A stretch of DNA of 64,000 bases, taken from Spirochaetia bacterium. Lineage in GTDB: Bacteria > Spirochaetota > Spirochaetia > SZUA-6 > Bin103. The DNA lies in the NCBI GenBank assembly GCA_965203905.1, contig CBDBDQ010000005.1, positions 1,664,001 through 1,728,000 of the forward strand. The letters are read 5' to 3'. Under the pieces are notes generated by a model. That model had not been told where the DNA came from and did not search any database. It saw only the letters and a program-made list of their open reading frames with translations. This document shows positions 47,855-56,891 of this stretch, one piece after another. Position 1 is the first letter of the stretch. Every line of letters starts with the position of its first letter. The position numbers and the translations under genes are program-made.

Positions 47855-49702
47855 TCAGTACACGTCGCGCTGATAGCGGCGCGCCCGCTTCAGGCTCATC
47901 AGGTAGTTGGCGGCAGCGTCCGCGGAGCGGCCGCCGTGGATGGCGATCACCTGCCGCAACGCCTCGTCGACGGCCGGCGCCATCCGCTCGGCGTCCCCGC
48001 ACACGTACAGGTGGGCGCCCTCCTCCAGCCAGCGGAACAACTCGGCGCCCTGTTCGGAGATTCGGTGCTGGACATACACCTTGTGCCCCTGATCGCGCGA
48101 GAAGGCGGTGGTGAGGCGGGTGAGGGTGCCGTCGCCCAACCACGCCTCCAGCTCGTCGCGATAGAGAAAATCGGTGGCGCGGTTCGGGTTGCCGAAGAAC
48201 AGCCAGCTCCGCGCCCCGGCGCCGGCACGCGCCTGCCGCTCCTGCAGGAAGCCACGGAACGGCGCGATGCCGGTGCCGGGGCCGATCATCACGATGGGAG
48301 CCAGATCGTCGTCCGGCAGGCGGAAGTTGCGGTTGACGTGCAGGTACACCTGGACGGCCGCACCCGGGTGGGTACGCAGGCCGAGGAAGGTGGAACACAC
48401 GCCGTCGCGCGCACGCCCGGCGGCGACCCAGTGCACCATGGCGACGGTCAGGTGAATGGCATCCGCGGCGGCCAGCGGGCTGGAGGCGATCGAGTAGAGC
48501 CGCGGCCGCAGCGGAGCCAGTGCCGCCACCAGCTCCTGCGCGTTCAGCACGCCGGTGGCGGCGTCGCGCAGCAGGTCGAGCACGTCCACGCCGCCGCCGG
48601 CGCGCTCGGCCGGCATGCCCAGCCGCTCGGCCAGGGCGGCCCGCGGCCGGGTCAGGTCACAGCAGCGCAGCAGCGCCTCGCGCAGCGGTTGCCGGCTGCC
48701 GCCGTGCTCGACCGGCTCATCGGCGGCGCAACCGGCGGCGGCGAGTACCGCCTCCACCAGTGCCGGGTGGTTGCACGGCAGCACCCCGAGCGCGTCGCCC
48801 GGCCGATAGGCGATCTGCGAGCCGCCGATATCGAGAGCGACGTGGCGGATGTCCTTCACCGAGTCCGCTCCGGTGAGCGTGCGGCACTCCCGCAGCGACG
48901 CCCGGAATGGCTGGGCAGCGTCGTAGCCGGCGCCGGGATCGGGCTGCGCGGCGTCCGCCTCCGGCTCGGACAGCGCCCCGGCGAGCCCGGCGACCTGCGC
49001 GCTCCCGTTCCCGGTGCCACCGGGTGCGCCGGTGGCGCCCGCGGCCGCCGGCCAGCGTTCCTGCCAGCCGGCGAACGAGTCCAGATCCACGTCGCAGTCG
49101 GTGCACTCGCACAGACGGGTGCCGCCGAGGGCGGCCAGACGTTGATCCAATACGTGGCCGAATGCGCAGAAGTGCTGGTAGCTGGAATCGCCGAGCGCCA
49201 GCACCGCGAAGCTCACCTCGGCGAAGCTCGGCGCCTCCTCGCGGTTCAGTTCCGCCCAGAGCGGCTGGGCCGCATCCGGGGGTTCACCGTCGCCGTAGGT
49301 GCTGGCGATCACCAGCAGCGTGCCGGCGCCGGCCAGCGCCTCCGGCGACGCCTCGGCGGCGTCGATCACGCGCGCCGCGAAGCCGCGCGTGCGCGCCTGC
49401 TTGGCGGTCTTGCGCGCCAGCGACTCCGCGGTGCCGGTCTGGCTTGCGTACAGCACCGCCAGGGGCAGGGTCGGCGCCGCCACGGCCGGCGTTCGCCCGG
49501 CGCCGGCGAGGTCGGCACCGCTGAGCATTCCCGCCAGGTAGCCGTCCAGCCAGATCCGCTGCGCGACACTGAACGGCGCCTGCTCCGACACCAGGCCGAG
49601 CGCCGGGTCCTGGTTCGAAACTGCCGGCCGGCGGGCGACCCCGGTGCGTCGATTTTCATCGTTTTCGGTGTCACGGAGTGGCCGTGCTGCCTCAACTGCC
49701 AT
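47855..49702 (-). CDS. cysJ: Diflavin reductase, sulfite reductase flavoprotein alpha-like
   Basis: YASQTGTA, STYGDGEPP, LGDSSY..FC, RLYSIASS, GVCS, GPGTGIAPFR, YVCGDA, YQRDVY. Confidence 0.9.
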   Translation of the reverse strand: MAVEAARPLRDTENDENRRTGVARRPAVSNQDPALGLVSEQAPFSVAQRIWLDGYLAGMLSGADLAGAGRTPAVAAPTLPLAVLYASQTGTAESLARKTAKQARTRGFAARVIDAAEASPEALAGAGTLLVIASTYGDGEPPDAAQPLWAELNREEAPSFAEVSFAVLALGDSSYQHFCAFGHVLDQRLAALGGTRLCECTDCDVDLDSFAGWQERWPAAAGATGAPGGTGNGSAQVAGLAGALSEPEADAAQPDPGAGYDAAQPFRASLRECRTLTGADSVKDIRHVALDIGGSQIAYRPGDALGVLPCNHPALVEAVLAAAGCAADEPVEHGGSRQPLREALLRCCDLTRPRAALAERLGMPAERAGGGVDVLDLLRDAATGVLNAQELVAALAPLRPRLYSIASSPLAAADAIHLTVAMVHWVAAGRARDGVCSTFLGLRTHPGAAVQVYLHVNRNFRLPDDDLAPIVMIGPGTGIAPFRGFLQERQARAGAGARSWLFFGNPNRATDFLYRDELEAWLGDGTLTRLTTAFSRDQGHKVYVQHRISEQGAELFRWLEEGAHLYVCGDAERMAPAVDEALRQVIAIHGGRSADAAANYLMSLKRARRYQRDVY

Positions 49703-51500
49703 GGATCGGCGCTCCTGCCGGGACTCCCGGCGCCGCGGCCGTGCGGGTAGCATCTGCCTCGCCGGCAAGGTGCGTCACGGCGGCGACGCCCTGGCGGCGA
49801 ATGAACTCGTTGAAACTCTCCCCGGCCCGCCGGTGAGCCTGGTAGGCGCGCATCACCCGGGTCAGGAGCGCCGGCAGTTGTGCCACCGGGACCGCCCGGT
49901 ACGCCTCTTCGGCGAGCGCCTGCTCCTGATCCATGCCGCCGCCGAACAAGACGTTGTAGGCCTCCACCGGCTCGCCGTCATGGGTCGTTCCGACACCGAG
50001 CAGGCCGATGTCGCCGCAGTAGTGCTGGGCGCAGGAGTTGGGGCAGCCGGTCAGGTGGATGTTGATCGGGCCGTCGAGCGGCACGTTGCGTTCCAGGTGG
50101 CGGGCCAGGGCGACGGCGGCGCCCTTGGTGTCGGTCATGGCGTACTTGCAGCCGGCGTTGCCGGTGCACGCCACGGTACCGGCCGCGTAGCTCGACGGCG
50201 ACGCGCTCAGCCCGATCTGCTCCAGCGCCGCCGCCAGCGCGGTGGTGTCACGGTCGGCCACGTGCGGAATCAGCGGATTCTGGAACACGGTAAGGCGCAG
50301 CTCGCCCGCCCCGAACCGGTCCGCCAGGTCCGCCAGCGCCGCCATCCGGTCACCGGACAGCCGGCCGCCCGGTACGCCAGCCCCCACCCAGTTGCGACCG
50401 GGCTGGCACTGGCGGTGCACGCCGACGTGCGCGCCGCGCAGCACCGGTTTCGGTTCGGCGCACTGCTCGAGCGGCAGGCGCCGCAGCGCCGCGCCGAGCA
50501 GCGCCTCGGTCTCCGCTACGAACCGCTCGATTCCCCAGCGCTCCAGCACGTACTTGAGGCGTGCGCGCTTGCGGTTGGTGCGGTCGCCGGCGGCCGCAAA
50601 CACGCGCAGCATCGCCGCGACCACCGCGACGCACTCCTCCGGCGGCACCACGATTCCGGCGTCGTGGCCGAAGCTGCCGTGCCCGGTGATGCCGCCGAGC
50701 AACACGCGGAAGTACACGCCGGGCGCCAGTTCCGCGCCCGGCTCCGCGGCCTGTTCCGGGACCCGCACCGCGCGCAGGGCGATGTCATTGGTGGCCCCGG
50801 CCACGCTCACCTGGCCGCCGCTGTCGAATGCCACGTTGAACTTGCGCGGCAGCCCGTACAGGTCGCGGCTGTGGAGGATGTAGTGATGCAATGCGCGCGC
50901 CTGCGGGCGCACGTCGCACAGCTCCTGCGGGTCGAAGCCGGAGGTGGGCGTGGCGGTGACGTTGCGGATGTTGTCGGCTCCCGCCCCGCGCGAGGTGAGG
51001 CCGAGATCGTACAGGCCCATCAGCAGGTCGGGGGCATGGCCGGCGGCCACCTCGCGCAGCTGCAGATTGCCGCGCGTGGTCAGGTCGGCATAGCCCCCGG
51101 CGTACTCGGCGGCGAGTGCGGCCAGGCCGCGCAGTTGGCGCGAGCTGATCTGATTTGCCGGGATGCGCAGCCGGCACATGTACCCATCCTGCGCCGGGGC
51201 GGTGTGGAACAGGCCGTGAAACTTGTAGCGGAACACGTCATCCGCTTCCGGGAACCGCTCGTGCGCCGCATTGGCCACCACGGTGTCCCAGATGTCGAGC
51301 GGGTTGCGCTCGTGCTTGATCCGTTCCTCCCGCGACAGCTCGTCGACCGGTACGCCGTGTACCAGCGCCGCGTCCTGCGCCCCCGGCGACTCCCGCCGCC
51401 GCAGGGCGCCGGCAAACAGCTCTTCGAGATAGCGGCGCTGTTCGTCGGTGAACGGTGCCGCCGCGGGCGTTCCGGGAGCGGCGCCGTCGATCGAGGCCAC
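49692..51500 (-). CDS. nirA: Ferredoxin-type nitrite reductase (NirA family)
   Basis: KFHGLF, YMCRLRIP, LTTRGNLQLR, GADNIRN, LPRKFN, CTGNAGC, TGCPNSCAQH. The start (GTG 51500) is inferred. Confidence 0.9.
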   Translation of the reverse strand: MASIDGAAPGTPAAAPFTDEQRRYLEELFAGALRRRESPGAQDAALVHGVPVDELSREERIKHERNPLDIWDTVVANAAHERFPEADDVFRYKFHGLFHTAPAQDGYMCRLRIPANQISSRQLRGLAALAAEYAGGYADLTTRGNLQLREVAAGHAPDLLMGLYDLGLTSRGAGADNIRNVTATPTSGFDPQELCDVRPQARALHHYILHSRDLYGLPRKFNVAFDSGGQVSVAGATNDIALRAVRVPEQAAEPGAELAPGVYFRVLLGGITGHGSFGHDAGIVVPPEECVAVVAAMLRVFAAAGDRTNRKRARLKYVLERWGIERFVAETEALLGAALRRLPLEQCAEPKPVLRGAHVGVHRQCQPGRNWVGAGVPGGRLSGDRMAALADLADRFGAGELRLTVFQNPLIPHVADRDTTALAAALEQIGLSASPSSYAAGTVACTGNAGCKYAMTDTKGAAVALARHLERNVPLDGPINIHLTGCPNSCAQHYCGDIGLLGVGTTHDGEPVEAYNVLFGGGMDQEQALAEEAYRAVPVAQLPALLTRVMRAYQAHRRAGESFNEFIRRQGVAAVTHLAGEADATRTAAAPGVPAGAPIHGS

Positions 51501-51502
51501 GG

Positions 51503-52861
51503 TTACGCGGCGCTCGGGGCGACTTCGAGCCGTGCCCGGCGCAGCCGCTCTTCCATCTCTGCGCGCGCCTCCACCTCGGCCGCCGGGGAGAAGCGCACCA
51601 GCAGCGTCAGCGAAGAGGCGCAGACCACGACGACCCCCAAGAGCAGCAGCGCCTGGGGCCATGGCAATCCCTCCATTCGGAACAGCAAGCCCGCGGCCAC
51701 CGCACCGGCGTTGCCGCCCGCACCGACGATGCCGGCCACCGAGCCGAGCGCCTTGCGGTTGATGAACGGCACCACCGAGTAGGACGCTCCCTCCGACATC
51801 TGCACGAACATGCTGAACGCCACCAGGGTGACGATCGCCACCGGGAGCACCGCCATGCGCGAGAACAGGATCAGGGCCAGCCCCTCGCCTGCCAGCACCA
51901 CGCCGAGAAAGGCCACCCGGCCCTTCAGGCCCCACTTCCTGCCGGCGCGGTCGCCGAACACGCCGCCCAGGGTGCGGGCGAAGATGTTCATCAGCCCGAA
52001 CAGCCCGGCGACGATCCCGGCCGCCTTCAGTCCCAGGTCGAAGTAATCCCTGAAGTACAGGGCGGCGATGTTGTTGACCGTGAGCTCGATGCCGAAGCAC
52101 GCGCCGTAGATCACGAACAGCACCCATACCCGCCGGTCGCGCGCCGCCAGCAGGAACGACCCCTTGGCCTGGCCGGCGCTCGCCATGCGCCGCGCGGCGC
52201 GCAGCTCGCGGTAGTTGCCGTCCACCGTGTCGGTGGTCAGGAACCAGTACAGCACCCCGGTAACGAGCATGGCGATGCCGGGCACCACCATCGCCAGGCG
52301 CCAGCTGATGGCGTCGGTGAATCCCAAGGCAACGAACAGGGCGAAGATCAGCGGCATCGCCATCTGCGTGACGCCGCCGCCGAGGTTGCCCCAGCCGGCC
52401 GTGGTGGCGTTCGCCGTGCCGACCACGTTGGGTGCGAAGGTCATCGAGGTGTGGTACTGGGTGATGACGAAGCTGGCCCCGACCGCGCCGATCGCCAGCC
52501 GGAACAGCAGGAACGAGGTGTAGCTGTTCGCCAAGCCGATGCCCATGACGGGAAGCGCGCCAAGCAGCAGCAGCCAGGTATAGGTGATGCGCGGCCCGAA
52601 ACGGTCGCACACCCAGCCGATCACCAGCCGTGCGACGACCGTGATCGCCACCGAGGCGATGATGGTGTTGCCGATCTGGGCCTGGGTGAGCGCCAGTTCC
52701 TCGCGCACCACCGCCATCAGCGGCGCGATCCCGAACCAGCCGAAGAAGCACAGGAAGAACGCGAACCAGGTCGTATGGAAGATGCGCATGGCCGGTTTCC
52801 GGTAGTTGAACAGGTCGATGCGCGTGGCCTTCGCGATCGCCAGAGAGGGGGAGTCGGACAA
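51503..52861 (-). CDS. narK: MFS nitrate/nitrite transporter (NarK/Nrt2 family)
   Basis: Nitrate signatures G.AN..TAGWGNLGGG and G.VAGIVGAGGN.G; FH.TWFAFF.CF; multiple TM helices. Confidence 0.93.
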   Translation of the reverse strand: MSDSPSLAIAKATRIDLFNYRKPAMRIFHTTWFAFFLCFFGWFGIAPLMAVVREELALTQAQIGNTIIASVAITVVARLVIGWVCDRFGPRITYTWLLLLGALPVMGIGLANSYTSFLLFRLAIGAVGASFVITQYHTSMTFAPNVVGTANATTAGWGNLGGGVTQMAMPLIFALFVALGFTDAISWRLAMVVPGIAMLVTGVLYWFLTTDTVDGNYRELRAARRMASAGQAKGSFLLAARDRRVWVLFVIYGACFGIELTVNNIAALYFRDYFDLGLKAAGIVAGLFGLMNIFARTLGGVFGDRAGRKWGLKGRVAFLGVVLAGEGLALILFSRMAVLPVAIVTLVAFSMFVQMSEGASYSVVPFINRKALGSVAGIVGAGGNAGAVAAGLLFRMEGLPWPQALLLLGVVVVCASSLTLLVRFSPAAEVEARAEMEERLRRARLEVAPSAA

Positions 52862-52900
52862 CGGGGACCTCCGAGGAGCCGTTTTGTTGCCTACCCATAG

Positions 52901-52915
52901 GCAAGACCCGTGCCA
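52901..52915 (-). promoter_or_regulatory. Sigma-54 (-24/-12) promoter of the nitrate assimilation operon
   Basis: Minus strand reads TGGCACGGGTCTTGC (TGGCAC-N5-TTGC), 40 nt upstream of the transporter start. Confidence 0.85.
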
Positions 52916-53151
52916 TTGCCCTTGCAGCGCCCCATCGGCCTCAGGCGGCCTTTTGAGAAATACAAAAACGTATGTTAGCGGATTATCAGATACCTATTTG
53001 TAGTTTTTGATGTATCACGTTACTCAAGTGTAGGTTTTGGTTCACTGTGCAACCAGGCCGACCCGGTGGATGCGACCAGAGCGTTGAGAGAAGCCGTCAA
53101 GGCGATACAGGAACGACAGTCGGCGGCGCGCCGGTCGCGCGGCGCCGTGTC

Positions 53152-53349
53152 TCACGTGGTTGATGTGTTTTGAGGATTGCTCAACATGCTGATGATATGC
53201 TTGGCCAAATGGTCGGAGATTTCGCGGTGTCGGGGTACTGGTTGGGGAACGCCGGTCTTCGGGTTACGGTACCAATCGTGCTTGGCGCCGTGTCTCACGA
53301 GTATGCAGCCCGCCTGCTCTATCTCTCGGATCAGGTCGCGTCGTTTCAC
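53152..53349 (-). CDS. hicA: HicA toxin
   Basis: MKRRDLI...GC.LVRHGAKHDWY.NP....QPVPRH.EI...LA..I. Confidence 0.92.
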   Translation of the reverse strand: MKRRDLIREIEQAGCILVRHGAKHDWYRNPKTGVPQPVPRHREISDHLAKHIISMLSNPQNTSTT

Positions 53350-53537
53350 GACACAACGAGTTCGTCCACCTTGCGAACACCAGCAACAACGCCGACGCTC
53401 AAGTCGCGATAGAGGTCCCGCAGGTGCTCCTTGAGGTCGGCCAAGGTCTCACCCTGACTCCAGTAATCGGGGTAGTCTTGGAGATAGCCGATCCAGATGC
53501 CGTCCGCTTGCCAGTACACGAATTTCACTGTTGTCAT
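53346..53537 (-). CDS. hicB: HicB antitoxin (short)
   Basis: W.GYL.DYPDYWSQGETL.DLKEHL.DLY; GTGA overlap with hicA. Confidence 0.88.
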   Translation of the reverse strand: MTTVKFVYWQADGIWIGYLQDYPDYWSQGETLADLKEHLRDLYRDLSVGVVAGVRKVDELVVS

Positions 53538-53758
53538 CGCCGGAGTCCTTGCACACTGCTCAGTTGGATACGCTCGGGGCTGTCCCTCACTAGGGATCTT
53601 GGAAACGTCTCTCCGTCGTCGGTCAATAGCATCACAGGACTATCGTCCGATCATAGCACACGGACGCGGAATCCGTTGCGCGGCGCAAGCAGCAGGGAGG
53701 TCGGCGAGATACGGGGTCGGCGTGACGGTGGTGACCGGCGTACCGGAGACGTGAGGCG

Positions 53759-54058
53759 TCAGTCGTCGCGGAGGGCGTGGTGTTCGGACCAGAGGCGCAG
53801 CGCCAGGGCGAAGTCGCGCTCGCGCAGCGCTACCAGGGCGCGCACCGCGAGCGACTCGGGACAGCGGTGCAGGGAGCAGGCGCGCTCGGCGGCGGCGCGC
53901 GCCGGTGCGGTGTGTCCGGCGCTGAGCGCCGCGCGCGCCCGCTGCCGCAGGCCGGCCGCGCAGCGTTCGATGAGCAGGACCTGCCGCAGGTCGGTGTGGC
54001 ACCGGTGGCACTCGGGCCCGCCGCGATGGCGGACGCCGCAGGTGGGGCATCGCTGCAC
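53759..54058 (-). CDS. Zn-ribbon + TPR-like small protein
   Basis: CPTC...CHRC.TDL followed by Ala/Leu-rich helical hairpins; starts 3 nt after the Hsp70 stop. Confidence 0.75.
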   Translation of the reverse strand: MQRCPTCGVRHRGGPECHRCHTDLRQVLLIERCAAGLRQRARAALSAGHTAPARAAAERACSLHRCPESLAVRALVALRERDFALALRLWSEHHALRDD

Positions 54059-54061
54059 GCG

Positions 54062-55828
54062 CTACTCCAGGTAGAACAGGATTTCTTCCAGGTCCCGCGT
54101 GGCTACGGCGGCGCGCTCGGTATCGCCGGCATTCGCAGCATCGCGAAGATCCTCCATCAGGTTGACGATCTCCTCCTTGTCTTCATCCGGGGCTTTTGCC
54201 AGGACCGCTTCCGCCCGCCTCAGCAGGTCGCGGATCTCGGGCGGTAGTTCCGGTGCGCCCGCCAGTTGCGGGGCATCGGCTGCGTCCGGCTCCGTTTCCG
54301 CGCCCCAGCGGGCGCTGATCCGCTCTTGCGAGGCGTCGAGCGCCTCCTCCGTGGAGCGGCCGATCGCCTGCTCGATCACGCCGCGGATCTCGCGGCCGGT
54401 GGCCCGCTCCACGGCGTGCACGCTCAGGATGCCGTCCAGGTCCAGGTGGTAGGTGAACAGCAGGCCGCGGTCGCGAGCTCCCTGCTGGCTGTTCAACCCC
54501 TCGAACAGGAAGGTGCCGATCTCGACGTTCTGCAACGCGTCCGCGTCCTCCCCCTGATACACCTTGATCTCGGCGGACGGCTGATTCTCGTACACCGTGT
54601 AGAACGCCTCGGTGTGGGTGGCAGGCAGCTTCGCGTTGCGCCGGATCAGCGGCACGAACTGATGCGCGTAGGGACGCCCGTCGAGTTCACCCAGGATGCT
54701 GGTGCCGAACGTGTAAGGCGTGATGTCGACCAGCACGGCCGGCATGTCCAGACCCATTTCGATGCCCGCCTGCACGCCGGCCCCCAGCGCCACGCACAGC
54801 TCCGGGTTCACTTCCCCGTGCGGCTCCTGTCCCAGGCGCTCGGCCAGCAGTTGGGAGACGCGCGGAATGCGGGTCGATCCGCCGACCAGCAGAATCCGGT
54901 CCAGCTCGTTCGGGCGCACCGCCGCGTCATTGAGTGCGGTGGTGACGGCGCGCATGGTGCCGGCCAGCAGCTCCTCGATGGCGCCCTCGAAGTCGGTGCG
55001 GCTCCACTCCCATGACAGGTGCTTCACGGCGCCGTCCACCGTGGCCACGTGATCTTCCTCGACCAGCACGTACGGCTGCCGGGAGAGTTCGACCTTCGCC
55101 TGTTCCGCGGCCCTGCGCAGCCGCGCCTGCAGCACGCGGTCGTCGCGTGCGCCGTCGAGCCCGGCATCCGTCTCCAGGTGGTCGTTGATGCGATCCAGGA
55201 TCAGCGCGTCGAAGTCGTCGCCGCCGAGGTGATTGTCGCCGCTCGTAGCCAGCACTTCGACCACCCCGCTCTCGATCTTCACCACCGACACGTCGAACGT
55301 GCCGCCGCCAAGGTCGTACACCAGAATCTTGCGTTCCCCGTCGTCGCCGCCGTGGTAGGCGAGGGCGGCCGCGGTGGGTTCGTTGATGATCCGCACCACC
55401 TCCAGGCCGGCGATCCGGCCCGCCTCGCGGGTCGCCTGCCGCTGGGCGTCGGTAAAGTAGGCGGGCACGGTGATCACCGCCTTGCGCACCGGACGTCCGA
55501 GCGCACCGGCCGCCCGCTCCTTGAGCGCCTTCAGGATGAACGCCGATATCTCCTGCGGGCTGTACGCTTCCGATCCCATGCGCACGCGCGTGTCGGAGCC
55601 CATCAGCCGCTTGATCGAGCGTACCGTCCGTTCCGGGGCTACCGCATACTGGTTGCGCGCCTGGTGTCCCACCACGATCGCTCCCGCGTCGTCCAGGCCC
55701 ACGCACGAGGGCAGGATCGCGTCGTCATCCGTGCCGACGATCCGTGGCGCGGCGCCGGCGATGATCGCCACCTCCGAGTTGGTGGTGCCCAGGTCGATGC
55801 CGATCACCGGCTCACGATCGGCTGCCAT
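54062..55828 (-). CDS. Hsp70-family chaperone (specialised DnaK paralog)
   Basis: GIDLGTTNS, TVPAYF, IINEPTAAA, YDLGGGTFDVS, LGGDDFD, LVGGSTRIP; divergent linker VLVDITPYTFG; short lid and no disordered tail. Confidence 0.95.
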   Translation of the reverse strand: MAADREPVIGIDLGTTNSEVAIIAGAAPRIVGTDDDAILPSCVGLDDAGAIVVGHQARNQYAVAPERTVRSIKRLMGSDTRVRMGSEAYSPQEISAFILKALKERAAGALGRPVRKAVITVPAYFTDAQRQATREAGRIAGLEVVRIINEPTAAALAYHGGDDGERKILVYDLGGGTFDVSVVKIESGVVEVLATSGDNHLGGDDFDALILDRINDHLETDAGLDGARDDRVLQARLRRAAEQAKVELSRQPYVLVEEDHVATVDGAVKHLSWEWSRTDFEGAIEELLAGTMRAVTTALNDAAVRPNELDRILLVGGSTRIPRVSQLLAERLGQEPHGEVNPELCVALGAGVQAGIEMGLDMPAVLVDITPYTFGTSILGELDGRPYAHQFVPLIRRNAKLPATHTEAFYTVYENQPSAEIKVYQGEDADALQNVEIGTFLFEGLNSQQGARDRGLLFTYHLDLDGILSVHAVERATGREIRGVIEQAIGRSTEEALDASQERISARWGAETEPDAADAPQLAGAPELPPEIRDLLRRAEAVLAKAPDEDKEEIVNLMEDLRDAANAGDTERAAVATRDLEEILFYLE

Positions 55829-56586
55829 CAACCCGCTCCCTCCGTTCCCTGCAGGCGGTTGACCGCCACTTCGGCCAGGCGCAGCACCGCGCCGTCGCGC
55901 ACGAAACCACTGACGAATTCCTCCACCACGACCCCCTCTTCCTGCTGCTTGGACCGGCGTGTCTCCACGGCGTGCATGGTGCGGGCATCGAACCGCGCTC
56001 CCACCGCGGACCCGCCGCGCACGCCGAACTGCGCCAACATGCGGTCGCAGCGCCTGATCGCAAGCTCGTAGCCCTCGATCACCCCGGCGATTCCGGGCTC
56101 CATGCGGCGCCACAGCTTGCGCGCGCCCTTGCGCCGCCGCTTCCTGCCCTTGCTGCCGGCGCTCCGCAGCCGCGCCGCAGCGTCGCGGCCGCGTACCAGG
56201 GCGTCTCGCAGCTCCAGAACCGGCAGCAGACAGCGATTCTCGGCCGCGCGGGCGACCCGCTGTTCGAAGGCCGCCAGTTCCTCGTCGCGGCGTTCCAGCA
56301 CGCGATCGATCGCTTCGTAGCGGGCCGCGGCGCTGGTCAGCTCGCGCCCCGCCCGTGACTGCTCCCGGTTCTGCAGCCGCACCTCCTGCCGCAGCGCGGC
56401 GAGCTCCGAGAACAGGGTGTGCAGGTCACAGGGCGGGGCGCCACGATCTGCCTCCTGCTCGGCCGCTTCCTCCGGCGCGGCGTCCAGTTCATCCAGCCAC
56501 TGCGTGAACTGTTCCAGCGCCTGCCGCTTCCAGTCGCCGTGGCTGCGCTCGGTCTGCGCCACCGCGTCCAACCGCACGCCGTTCAC
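55828..56586 (-). CDS. grpE: GrpE-family nucleotide exchange factor
   Basis: Coiled coil, then LLPVLELRDAL, G..FD..TMHAV, GVVVEE...GF...G.VLR.AEV.V; TGATG overlap with Hsp70. Confidence 0.88.
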   Translation of the reverse strand: MNGVRLDAVAQTERSHGDWKRQALEQFTQWLDELDAAPEEAAEQEADRGAPPCDLHTLFSELAALRQEVRLQNREQSRAGRELTSAAARYEAIDRVLERRDEELAAFEQRVARAAENRCLLPVLELRDALVRGRDAAARLRSAGSKGRKRRRKGARKLWRRMEPGIAGVIEGYELAIRRCDRMLAQFGVRGGSAVGARFDARTMHAVETRRSKQQEEGVVVEEFVSGFVRDGAVLRLAEVAVNRLQGTEGAG

Positions 56587-56891
56587 TGCGTCAGCCCTTC
56601 CGCCGCCAGCAGCGCCTGCAGGCCGGGCGCCTTGCGAGCCCCCGTGCGCGCCTGCACCAGGGCCTCCAGCGCCAGCTCCCAGTCGCTGTACGCCGCGATC
56701 CCGAACAGGGCGGTCCGCACCCGCGAGCGGTCATCCTGCAGCGCCTCGTAGGCGGCCGTGACGCGCTGGAAGCGCTCCGGATCGCGGCTCGGGGGGTGAC
56801 GGCGGATCAAGGCCAGGTAACGCTGCCGTATCTCCTCCTGGCTGGCGCCCGGGGCAAGATCCAGGGTCAGGTAGTGGGCCAACATCAACAT
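56583..56891 (-). CDS. Small J-domain protein (HPP variant)
   Basis: HYLTLDL...AS.EEIRQRY..L.RRHPP.RDPERFQ.V..AYEAL; GTGA overlap with grpE. Confidence 0.85.
   Translation of the reverse strand: MLMLAHYLTLDLAPGASQEEIRQRYLALIRRHPPSRDPERFQRVTAAYEALQDDRSRVRTALFGIAAYSDWELALEALVQARTGARKAPGLQALLAAEGLTQ

Noticed and set aside
44484-47873. 1129-aa plus-strand ORF, and similar long ORFs at 56972-60457, 23083-25476, 47936-49750 and 61234-62934
   Set aside because: Antisense shadows of well-supported genes, expected in high-GC DNA; no recognisable motifs.
44118-48398. Apparent 1426-aa nitrate reductase
   Set aside because: The first 184 codons overlap the cysJ-like gene out of frame; the real start is near 47846.
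49692-52916. Apparent 1074-aa NirA with a long N-terminal extension
   Set aside because: The extension is an alternative frame over the nitrate transporter; NirA similarity starts at about 51500.
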